Shown one piece after another: positions 1-11,136 of a stretch of DNA of 64,000 nt (positions are counted from its first letter, which is position 1; every line of letters begins with the position of its first letter). The translations under genes and the position numbers were made by a program. The DNA comes from Phaeosaccion multiseriatum. Lineage: Eukaryota > Protista > Ochrophyta, other classes. The stretch lies in NCBI GenBank assembly GCA_965112735.1, contig OZ218964.1, positions 1,674,001 to 1,738,000 of the forward strand. The letters run 5' to 3'. A model generated the notes under the pieces. It did no database searches, was not told where the DNA came from, and saw only the letters and a list, made by a program, of their open reading frames with translations.

Positions 1-1459
1 TGAATAGAAACGACGTTGTGCCCAGCCTCTCTCTGCGCAATCTCCTTGGCCTCAATTGGACCCTGCACGGCATCGACACGATTCCCATGGAGTTGCCCCA
101 GGTAAAGTAACGTACATGTACGGATGGAGAGTACGTTATGGCTGCACACAGCGTCAGGCTGCAGGACAGGAGCGCTGTAGGAAGATGCCATACATTCCAG
201 CTTGAGGAGAGAGAGGAGTTGGGGGGGGGGGGAGGGAGCGAGGGAGGGAGAGAGAAACAGGGAGAGGGGCAGAGGGAGGGAGCGGGGAGAGAGAGGGAGC
301 GGGGAGGCTGGTTCAGTCTTCGGTAACTGATCGGTTGTTTTGCTATTCTTTCCCCTTCGTGTTTGTACCTGTCTCTTTTCGTGGTGCTCTCACACAGAGA
401 ATCAAGTTCTTGTGGGAGAACTGGCTCTTCGCCAAGGAGGAAGGAGGGGCAGAAGGAGAGAGTGAGGGCCAAAGGCAGCAGGCCTGGCTCGCAGATTTAA
501 CGGAGGCTTACGAAGACGGACAAGATGCCCTCAACCACTTGAAACGGGCCATGACCAGGGGCAGCAGTGAAGATGGGGAAGGACAGGACAATGTCAAGAG
601 CAGCAGCAGTAGCAGCAGCAGCAGTAGCAGCAGCAGCAGCAGTGGTGGTGGCAAAGTTGATGGCGGAGGAGGCGATGATGCCAGCGGTGCCGGTGTGGCC
701 GGCGTGGTGCAGACGGTGACGAGTGCTGCTGAAGCCATCAAGACCACCACCCAAGAGGCCGCTGCCAAAACGTACCAGTCCCTCGTGCAAGACGTGACCG
801 CCATCAACGAGGGCCTTCGCAAGGTGCAGGCAGCGGCTCAGTCGGGCGCAGATGCGGCAGGGGGCAGGGGCAAGGGCAAGGGCAAGGATAAGTTTAAGGG
901 CAAGGCAGACGACGACGACAAGAACAAGAACAAGCCACCAACGTACGAGGACATCCTGTCGATTGCCTACGAGCTGCGCTACGGAGACTTGGAGCCTCCG
1001 TCTACTGCTGAGATGGCAAAACTGGTGGCGGAAGCGGAGGCGGCGGCTTGCAAGCGAGAGTGCAAGGCCATGGACGTTGCCGCCCTACGCGTGCCCGGCC
1101 GCGCCTACGTGCTCCGCCACCGAGGGGTCTTGCCGGAGGAGCAGCCGCAGGAGGAGGGGAAGGGAGAGGGGGAAGGGCCCACTCCCGCAGAGCGTGCCCT
1201 GAGCGAGATTTTGTCCGGCAATAAGCGGGCGAGAGAAGAGGAGGGGGAGGGGGAGGAGGAGGAGGAGGAGGAGAAGGAGGAGGGGGAGGAGGAGGAGGAG
1301 GAGCGCAAGGAGGAGCGGCAGCGCAGGGTGCTGTTCGTGGACGCGGTGCGGGAGTACAGCTCGACCTTCCAGGCCATCAAGCTGTGCAGCGACGTTGTGG
1401 ACGATCACTCCGTGGGGAACTACGTTGACGTGCTCGAGGCCCTCAGAAGGGACATGTGA
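1..1459 (+). CDS. Class 3 lipase (DAG-lipase-like), 3' part; exons <1-101 and 398-1459
   Basis: First exon reads NRNDVVPSLS (lipase-3 catalytic Asp motif); last exon ends DDHSVGNYVDVLEAL (catalytic His motif). Phase-0 GT-AG intron 102-397 joins them in frame. The GxSxG motif lies upstream of the window. Confidence 0.7.
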
Positions 1460-1767
1460 AGGTATTAACGTTAGGATAATCGGGTTGGTCGGATTGTTAT
1501 TAACTTTTTTTTATGAAAGAAAGAGTAAAGTGTACATAGAACGGATCAAGCACATGATAATTGTGTATCACCAACTGTCTACCATCCCGTCGTATTATCA
1601 CGGAGCGACGGTGTGCATGCAGTTAGACCCGACCCGACCATTGATAGGGGGGGTTGTAGCATGACTGTCTTGTCTTGAGTCTTGGAGCGTTGGCTGCTGC
1701 TCCAGGGTCAACATTTGTTTAGTGAGGGAGTCTAGTCCAGCGCAGGGCGTGATGGCGCTCTTTTTCG

Positions 1768-1885
1768 TCACTCGTCACTCACCAACACACCCACTCACGC
1801 ACTAATGCCCTCACCCACTCACTCACTCACTCACTCACTCACTCTATCCCTCACGCACGTACGCACGCACGCACGCACTCACGCT
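1768..1885. repeat. (ACTC)n/(GCAC)n microsatellite block
   Basis: Direct reading: cactcactcactc...acgcacgcacgcac. Confidence 0.85.
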
Positions 1886-2765
1886 GATGTGTGTGTGTGG
1901 GTGGGTGGGTTGGGTGCATCCGTGTGTGACGCGCTTCTGCTTAGGAGTCGGTCCACCCGGTCCAGCCACACCCCCACCCCCCTCGGCTTATCTTCCCTTG
2001 CGCCGGCCACTTGTGTTGGTTCGGGCAGAGCCACGGCCCAGACACAATGGCTTCTAAAGTAAAGTTCTCAGGCAGAAAGGTGGTGACAAGGGTTGGGGGG
2101 GGCCCGCTGACGTGAGAGGGACCCCAAGAAAAGGCGGAGAGCTGGTGGCGGCCAAAAAAAGCAAAAAAAAATGGCTTTTTCCACCACAGACGGGGAAAAA
2201 AAATGGTGCGGGGAAAATCTCGCGTTCGAAACGCGAGCAATCCCATACGCAAGCGGGGCGGCTAAAAAAACGGAAAACTGAGGTACTTCAGGCCATCACA
2301 AGCTTTGCCGGGGGAGGATATTTGCGTGTGTGCGTCTTTGGTACGTGAAGAGAGCTAAAAGGGAGAGGGGACGGGGGAAGGAGAGGGGAGGTGTACTGTG
2401 AGGCCGTGCCGCTGTGCAAGGGAGGGGAAGGCCTGGTGTGATTGCAGGGAACATGGGGTGGGGAGGTGAAGAAAGGGGGGGGCATGACGAAGATATGGGA
2501 GGGTGTAGCATGAAAGGAACCTGTGTAAGGGATAAGGGAAAGGGAGAGAGGGAGAGAAGGGCTGTTTGCATTCTCTGCTTCCTCTTGCTTACGTCCCGCT
2601 TCGCTTCGCTAATGAACGTTCGTGTGGAGACGTTACTTTACCAACGTGCACTCCGAGCGACAGCAAGACCAGTGTGCAGGAGGACTGAATCTGCCGCTCA
2701 TTTTTTTTGCACCTGCGTCTCTCTTTGCCCGTGCTCGTTTACCAGGTGCGCAGAGACCTATCGCT

Positions 2766-5700
2766 ATGGCGGTGGGCAAGAAACCCGAAAAGGCGGACAA
2801 TGGAGATCTCAAGAAGAATTATGAGACGGATGCCCATAAGCTCGAGCTCAATACCATGCTCAAGGGCCTGGGGTCAGACGCAGAGAGGGTAAGTGTTGAG
2901 GCAGACGGGCGGTGACACTTTGCGCGTTGCTGCTGCTACTCCCCGCCTATGTTTTCTGTCCGTTCCCCCGCCGGTCGTTGCACTGCACGTACGTGGCTGC
3001 GCGGGCGTGCCATAGACGGGGTTGGTTGTGGTTGCAGGCGTTTGGGCTGAGCGAGGGAGTGGTGATGCCGCGTTTTCGGCGGCGTGTTGCAAATGATCAT
3101 GTGCTGACTGACTTGTGATGTACTCCGTATCATCCCGTCCCAGGGTATGACCTCCAAGGCCGTGCAGGCTCGCATCGCCGAGGAGGGCCTCAACAGCCTA
3201 ACGCCCCCCGCCGAGACGCCGTGGTACATCCACTTCTTTGAAGAGCTCTTCGGAAACAAGTTCTCCCTGCTGCTGTGGGGCGGATCCGTGCTCTGCTTTA
3301 TCGGCTACGCGCTGCAGGCGGACCAGGCCAACCTTTACCTGGGCATTGTGCTGGCTGTGGTGGTGTTCATCACCGGGTGCTTCTCATACTTCCAGAACGC
3401 CAAATCCGACGACCTGATGAAGTCCTTCGCCTCCATGGCCCCCCCCAAGGTTAGTACCACCTGGTCTTTGTCTTGTTGCCAGAGGGTCAAATCACCCGCA
3501 TCTCTCCACCCCCACGTCCTCTTCGTTCTCCCCCCCACACCCCTTTACTGACTACCCCTCTTGCCCCTCCTCCTCTCCCCTTCCCTTTCTCCTCCTACGC
3601 AGGTGCAAGTGGTTCGTGACGGACAGGTCTCCGAGGTGGAGTCATCCGAGATCTGCCGAGGTGACATCGTCAAGCTTGTGGGGGGAAACCTCGTGCCTGC
3701 CGACTGCCGCGTGATTGAGTGCACCGACGACATGTGCGTGGACAACGCCGCCCTTACGGGAGAGTCGGAGCCCCAGAAGCGAAGGCCCATCATGACCCAC
3801 GACGACCCCATGGAGACGCAGGTACGTAGTGTGTTTGTGTGTGAGTGGTGTGCGAGTGGAAGTGTGAGTGGATGAGGGAGAGGAAGGCAAATCAAAGGTG
3901 GGGCGACAGGAGCAGGACGTGAAGCTTTGCTTTTCCTCCTTGCTGCGGCAACATGTAGTAGCAATAATGTGTGACTTTTGTATCGTATCTGAGGGGCGAG
4001 TCGAGACTTGTGTTGCATGACAAGGGAAGGGAGAACGTTCAGTCAGTATTGTGATAATGCGTTGCGATTCATTCTCAACCGCCCCACCCCGCCCCGGCCG
4101 CACATCATTGACTGACCTTTCTCTTTCCCTGTTCCCTCCTTCCTCCCTCTCTCTCCAGAACCTGTGCTTCTTCGGTACCTCCGTCCAGGAGGGCTCCTGC
4201 ACCGCTGTCATCTCCGACATCGGAGACAAGACCCTCATGGGACAGATTGCCGGTCTCGCCCTCGGAACGGACCAGGAGACTACTCCCATCAACCGCGAGA
4301 TTGAGCACTTCATCAAGATTATCTCGATCATTGCCCTCATCCTCGGCGTCGTCTTCTTCGCAGTTGGGTAAGTTGGCTCTCCTCTCTCTTCAGTCGGGTG
4401 TGTGTTTTCCAAGGCGACAAGACTCGTGCACCTTCGTTCTTTCCGTGTGTCTGCTTTCTCGTGTCTCTTTCGCTGTGCCGGTCACTCACTTACCTTACCG
4501 ACTGACCACTTGGCTCTCTCTTGCCCCTCCCCCATACACACACACACACACTTGCACACATAATCAGATTCGCCATCAACCCCGACCCGATCACCAACCT
4601 CGTGTTCATGATCGGTATCATCGTAGCCAACGTCCCCGAGGGCCTGCTGGCCACCGTCACTGTGTGCCTCACCCTTACCGCCAAGCGAATGCACAAGAAG
4701 CAGGTGTGTGCGTGGTGGTGCGTGGGTGTGGGTGTGTGTCTGTGCTGAGTTGCGTTCCAGCCTTGCCCTGCCTTGCCCTTCCTTGCCCTGCAGAAAGCTG
4801 TGCCTTCGATAGTGACTGTGATTCGCTTCTGCGTCCTCCTTTACCCCTTGGCCGGGCTCTTTCGCCACTCTCAACTACTCTTTCCACTCTCTCTTCCTTC
4901 TTCTCTGTTGAAGGTCATTGTCCCTGTTCGTACGCGCTGCTCACCCCACCTCCATCCCTCCCCTTGCACTTCCATGGCATCTCAACCCCCCCCCCCCCCC
5001 ACACACACACACACACATGCACACATCAGGTGCTCGTCAAGAACCTGGAGGGAGTGGAGACGCTCGGCTCCACCTCCTGCATCTGCTCCGACAAGACCGG
5101 CACCCTGACCCAGAACATCATGACCGTCGCCCAGATCGTCTACGGCCAGGCCGACGGAACGCACATTGAGGACTGTGAGTCTTCCTTCACCAAGGGAAAC
5201 CACACCTACGACTCCGAGAACGCTTCTTTCAAGAAGCTCCAGCGATGCGCCACCCTCAACAACACGGCGGAGTTCGATGCCAACTCCAAGATTGACACCG
5301 AGACCGGCCAGCCCCAGACATTCAAGAAGATGCAAATCCAGGTGCGTGCATGTTCGGATAGAGAGCGACAGTGCTTGTGTGTGTGTGTGTGGTGTGTGTG
5401 TGTGTGTGTGCGGGCTGGAGCTGGGTTTGAGAGCAACGAGTAGGCAGCACTTTCTTTCCCTCTCTTGCTCGCTCCTTCCCCTCTCCGTCCGCCGCCGCTA
5501 TCTCATGCCATCCTCTCCCCATTTCCGTTATCCTCCTCACACACACACACACACGCCCCGCACCGCAGGGAGACGGCTCCTCCATCGAGGTGATCGCCTG
5601 GAAGGGTATTGGAAACGCCTCCGAGATTGCCATGATCAAGTTTTGCCAGACCTTCCGCGACATTGAGGAATACCGCTCCAAGACGGAAGAGAAGTTCAAG

Positions 5701-8700
5701 ATCCCCTTCAACTCCAAGAACAAGTACCAGGTGCACGTGGTGACGCAGGAGGAGAACCCCAGCGGCAACCTCGTCGTTCTGATGAAGGGTGCCCCCGAGC
5801 GTATCATCGACCGCTGCGACTCTGTCATGCTTAACGGCGAGATTGTGCCCATGACTGCCGAGCGCAAGGCCCGTATCGAGGACCACCAGGAGACCCTCTC
5901 CAGGAACGGTCTGCGTGTGCTGGGCTTTGCCGAGCGTGAGCTTGACGTGGCTGAGTACCCCCACAACTACGATTTCAACGACGGAGGAGGCGATGGCTTC
6001 TCCACCCCCAACTTCCCCCTGGGAGAGTTCCGCAACGCTGAGAAGAAGGAGGCCATGGCCAAGGCTGGAGAGAAGGACGAGGGCCTGCCCATCCACCCCA
6101 AGTCCACCCAGGGCCTCGTGTTCCTCGGAATGATGGCTCTTATCGACCCCCCCCGTGAGGCTGTGCCCGGCGCAGTCAACAAGTGCAAGACCGCTGGTAT
6201 CAAGGTAATCATGGTTACCGGCGACCACCCCATCACCGCCCAGGCCATCTCCTACAAGGTTGGCATTCTCTGGAGCAAGACCCGCGGAGAGATTGAGGCT
6301 AGCAACCGTCGCTTCAACCTGGAGCCCGGAGACGCCAACTTCGAAGACCCCGAGAACGCGCAGGCCATTGTGGTGCCCGGCTGGGAGATTAGCCACGACA
6401 TGCCCGAGGACAAGTGGGACGCCATCCTGGAGCACCCCCAGATCGTATTTGCCCGTACCTCTCCCCAGCAGAAGCTCATCATTGTGGAGAACAACCAACG
6501 CAACGGACACATTGTCGCCGTGACTGGCGACGGTGTCAATGACTCCCCCGCGCTCAAGAAGGCTGATATTGGTGTTGCCATGGGTCTGACAGGCTCTGAA
6601 GTGACCAAGCAGGCCGCCGACATGATCCTCTTGGACGACAACTTTGCCTCCATCGTGTCCGGCGTGGAGGAAGGCCGCCTCATCTTTGACAACCTCAAGA
6701 AGTCCATCTCCTACACGCTCACCTCCAACATTCCGGAGATTACGCCCTTCCTGTGCTTCATCATCTTCCAGACGCCCCTGCCCCTGTCCACTGTGCTGAT
6801 TCTGGCCATTGACCTCGGAACCGACATGATTCCCGCCATTTCCATGTCCTACGAGATTGCCGAAGCCGATATCATGCGACGTCCACCAAGGAACTCCGCC
6901 GTGGATCGCCTCGTCACCAAGAAGCTCATCATCTTCGCCTACCTCCAGATTGGCATTATGCAAGCCGCCGCCGGATTCTACACGTGGATGGTGGTGCTCA
7001 ACGACTTTGGCTACCCCCCCAACATTCTCATTGGCCTCGGCGCGGACAACGCCTTTGGCAGGCAACCCCTCATGTGCAAGTTCCACGGCGGACAGTACGT
7101 GTCTCTGAACGGAGCCATTTCCGGCGACCTCAACCCCGAGATCGACCCCCCGACGCCCGAGTTTCCCTTCTGGGAGCAGGGTGCCGGTGGCTTCATCGAG
7201 ACCTGCGCACACCCCCCCAAGCTTATGAAGGGACGAGGAGGCACGTCTTCTGGCTTCGACGAACTCACTGCCTCCACCTACCTGTCGGACGGCTCCACTG
7301 CTCTCGGAAACCAACTGAAGGTGAGCGGGACTCGACTAACTGACTGGGAGGGGGGGTGGGGCAGCTGGGGATGTCTGTATGGTATTTTAGTTGTTTCTTA
7401 TCCTTTTCCTGCCCCTTACTCCCATGCAGCGCTTTGACTCGCCCTCCCTCTGTCCTTGTGCCTTTCTTTTGGTATTGCCCCCCCCCTTCTATTTCATGTC
7501 GTACCCAGGCCGAGAGGCTTGACCAGATCCCCATCGAGGCCATCCAGGCTGGCATCACCCAGGGATACTTCCCCTACCACCCCTGGCGCTCCCGCATGTC
7601 TTACTTCTGGCGCAACGAGTGGCTCGCCTTCGACGTCGACGAAGACGAGGAGCTGCCCGGAGGAGCCTTTGGCGGCGCCAACTCCCAGATCTACTTCCAG
7701 TACCAGCCTGCCGGTGCGTTTCGTAGGTCTTTTCTATGTGTGTGTGCTCGCTTTCGTACCGTCTCTTACCCTCACGTTGAGCTCTTGCCTCTGTTTACTT
7801 TTGCTTGTAGTGCCTGCCAGCCCACTCCTCACCTACCCTCTCCTACGCCCCCGTCCTCGTTCCCGTCCCCTCCCGTCCCCTCCCCTCCTCCCATGTCAGG
7901 CATCTACTCCGCGTGCATGGCCGACCCTGACCTCTCTCAGGCCGGTGGCAGCCCCAAATCCTCCTCCACGAGGAGCAAGAACATGGTCGAGGATGCGCAG
8001 GCAACTGTGGCGGACATCGCCGGTCTCTCTTCGGACTACTCCTTCACAGCCTGCACGGACACGAGCGCCACGGTGAGTCAAAGGGCTTGAGCCACCACCA
8101 GTGGGAGGGGGGAGGCTGGTCCTTTTCCTTTTGCTTCTTTCCTGCTGCTTTGCGCTCCAGAGGGGCAAGATGCTCGAACTGCCCTCTTACACTTCCGTCC
8201 TCCCTCCTGTTTGCGCTGCTCTTGTTTCCGTTTGTTTCTCTCCATCACAGGTTCAGGCCAAGGTGTACCAGGACGGTGCGCTGTGCAACGGAGACGGCAC
8301 GGTGGAGGGCTGCGAAGTGTACGACGACTTTGTCATGTACAACACCTTCTACTGCGAGGACTCGTGCTCTCCCGGATGCACCCCGAGCAACTCGGACGCC
8401 CGCAAGGCCGCCGCCGGATGCTCGGGCGTCTTTGGACAGGATGCCATTGACTGCGACATTAACGACGGTTACAGGCAGTGCCAGAACATTGCCAGCCGTA
8501 TGTCCCAGTACGAGGCCCTCTCCTCGGCGCAGGCGGCCTTCTTTGTGGCCATTGTGGTGGTGCAGTGGGCCGACTTGGTCATTTGCAAGACCCGTTGGCT
8601 GTCGATCCGCAGCCAGGGCATGTACAACTACACTATGAACTTCGGGCTCTTCTTCGAGACGCTGCTGGCGGCCTGGCTCATGTACTCGCCCCCCATCAAC

Positions 8701-8889
8701 GTGGGTCTGGGTACACGCCCCCTCCGCCTGACGCACTGGTTCCCAGCCATGCCCTTCTCCATGCTCATCTTCATGTACGACGAAGTGCGCAAGTACATCA
8801 TGCGCATGACCTCACCCGAGATCATCGACAAGGCCACGGGACAGGCCAGGCGCAAGGCAGGATGGCTGGAGAGGTTCACCTACTATTAG
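2766..8889 (+). CDS. P-type IIC Na+/K+-ATPase alpha-like subunit, ~1357 aa; exons 2766-2888, 3144-3449, 3603-3821, 4159-4367, 4568-4703, 5030-5341, 5569-7320, 7509-7713, 7900-8072, 8251-8889
   Basis: [22 protein letters not shown] (phospho-Asp), [40 protein letters not shown] (Na,K-type rather than H,K-type), IDLGTDM, VQWAD and C-terminal ERFTYY. All nine GT-AG introns keep the frame. Confidence 0.96.
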
Positions 8890-9683
8890 AGAGAGGGCAA
8901 GTCATGTAGTGCACACGCTGGACTTGCTGCTCTTAATGGACTCTGGTTTGTTGAGTGGGAGATTGCTTGTGGAGAGGGAGGAAGGAAGGATAATGGGAAG
9001 AGGTGTGGACACCCAGAGTGTGGGTTTGTGTGTGAAGCCGTGCGAGCGTTTGACCGTCGCACTGGGCAGGAGCAGCTAACTCAGGGAAAGTAGGAGAGCA
9101 TTTAGTTTTGGGAGACCACCGCACTCAGGGGGGGGGAGGGGGGGGGTGAAGGGAAAAGTCGGAAATTAAGTGGTATCTATGTTTTACATTAGAGAAAATA
9201 GAGGGTGGACGAGCGGTTTCGGATGTTTTGTTCTCAATGGGGCCGCCGCGGGGGGGGCAGAGAAGGGAGTTCATAAGACACCTAATAAACAGGCGCTCGT
9301 TTTACATTGGAACTTGGCTTCGCCCTTATGGGAGATCACGATGACAGACACACCTTGTCTTGTTGTGATCACTCCTTCTCCACACCCTATACCTCCTCCT
9401 CCTGGTCAACATAACTCCCCCTTCTGATTCACACTCCTCCCATTATTCCACACCTTCTACCTCCTCCTGGTCAACACGACTACCTTCACACTCCCTCCCA
9501 TGAACGTGAGAATAAAACGCAGCGACGCCGAGGACGAGATGATATATAAACGAAAGTTCATTTTAATTAAAAACTATGGACTAATCTATATACAAGGGAG
9601 GGACCGACTTCAACCCTTCAAGAGCAAGCTCGGCATCAATCATAGCAAGAAATACAAACATCTAAGTGCAGAGGGCGGCGAGT

Positions 9684-10633
9684 TTACTGGCCCAGGTTGG
9701 CGAGCAGCTCCTTTCCGTTGACAAGCTCCTGTGCCCACATGCCCAGAATGGCGAACATGGCCAGGCGCCCGTTGTTGATCTCCTTGTTGCGAGACTCCAA
9801 GAACTTCTCCTCGTCGTTGACAATGTTGAAGGGGTCGAAGCCGAGGTCGCCGATGGTGGCGGAGCTGGACACGGTGGCCACTCCGGTCATGGAGTCGAGG
9901 GCCGTGTACTGGGTCAGCAGCTGCTTGGACTCAATGAGGCCAGCCAGGAACAGGGAGGCAACCCAGAAGTCGGGGTAGTAGGCGTTGATGATCTGGTAGT
10001 GGCCGATGGCGGGGCCAATGTCAGCTACGTCCGGGGCGGGGAAGAAGGGGTGGAAGTTCTCCTGGACCAGCATGCCGAGGGTGGCAACCATGGCGACGCG
10101 TCCGTGCTTGAGCTCCGCGCTCTGGTAGTTGGCGAAGGTGGCCTCGTCGATCTCATCAGCGAGTCCGAGTGGGTCCCATGCTCCCAGAGGGGCGATGGCT
10201 CCGGGGAGGCCCTCAAGAGCAATCATCTTGAGGTTGGAGGTGGATCGGACAGCGGCCTTAGGTGCTACGGCCCGTCCGGTGATGGAGGGCGCCATGAAGG
10301 CGGAGGCTCCACCTGAGAAGAAAGGATTAAGGAGGAGGAAGTACGTCAGATCGGCGGAGCTTCCTTGCCAAGCGCGCCGAGATTCAGCGCGGTTACTACT
10401 TTCGCATTGCGTATTCGCCGCACGCCGCCCATGCCATCGCGACACTGCCTGTCTGCCACATCTGCACTGTGCCCCCCTCCCATGCCACCAGTGTCTCATA
10501 AGCGTTTCCAGTCCAAGGCTTTCAAACCCGCCGTTACTCCGCAGTCCTCTGATTCACCGCTCTTCCCTCCCGCTGTTCTTCCACACTCACCAGCGGAGGC
10601 AAGGGCGAGGGCGACGGCGCAGGTAGTTTTCAT
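9684..10633 (-). CDS. Lhcx: Lhcx/LI818-type light-harvesting protein, copy 1 (exons 10633-10591, 10312-9684)
   Basis: Presequence MKTTCAVALALASAGGASA-FMAP; LPGAIAPLGAWDPLGL, AELKHGRVAM, VQENFHPFF, GPAIGH, GDLGFDP, KEINNGRLAM, AQELVNGK. Confidence 0.92.
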
Positions 10634-10789
10634 GTTGTTGGGGATTGGTAAAAACTGATAGATGAGTAAAGTCTTTGTGAATAGTGAGGGGATGAAAATC
10701 CTGTGAGCTCCGAACCACCCGCGCCAAAACCACCTAAGGGACCGCGTACGTGTCAAGCACGAATCCGAATCGTCGCCAGAGATTGAGTG

Positions 10790-11060
10790 GACGATTATGA
10801 GGGGGGGCGGGAATGGCGGAAGCTCTTCCCGATGAGTATGCCGAGAGTGAAAAAACCATGGCGAAGAGTCAGTGCTTGAGCTCCGTGGCCTGGCAGCTCG
10901 CGAAGGTGACCCCGTCGAGCTCAGCGGCCAGCACGAACAGTTTCACCATAACAAGAGAACTGGCTCTGCGAGGAGGAAAAAAATGAAGCGGGAAGGGGAG
11001 CGAGCAGCGGCGCCACGGCCGGTCCGTGATGGAGGGATCCATGAAGGTTGAGGCTAAGTA
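10790..11060 (-). pseudogene. Decayed 5' half of an Lhcx gene
   Basis: Translates as LAAELDGVTFASCQATELKH* (intact gene: LADEIDEATFANYQSAELKHG) and ASTFMDPSIT (intact: ASAFMAPSIT); DNA aligns to Lhcx exon 2. Confidence 0.85.
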
Positions 11061-11136
11061 AGGGGAGGAGGAGGAGAAACAAGGCGGTGAAAAGAGAAGA
11101 GGAGAGGAGAAAAGGTGGCGGTTGTGTGCGTCCAAC

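Noticed and set aside
5503-7314. 603-aa minus-strand ORF
   Set aside because: Antisense shadow of the codon-biased ATPase exon 7; no independent motifs
9666-10316. ~215-aa plus-strand ORFs overlapping each Lhcx copy
   Set aside because: Antisense shadows of Lhcx exon 2
10869-10948. MVKLFVLAAELDGVT as a separate small gene (DUF866-like start)
   Set aside because: DNA aligns with Lhcx exon 2; it is a pseudogene relic
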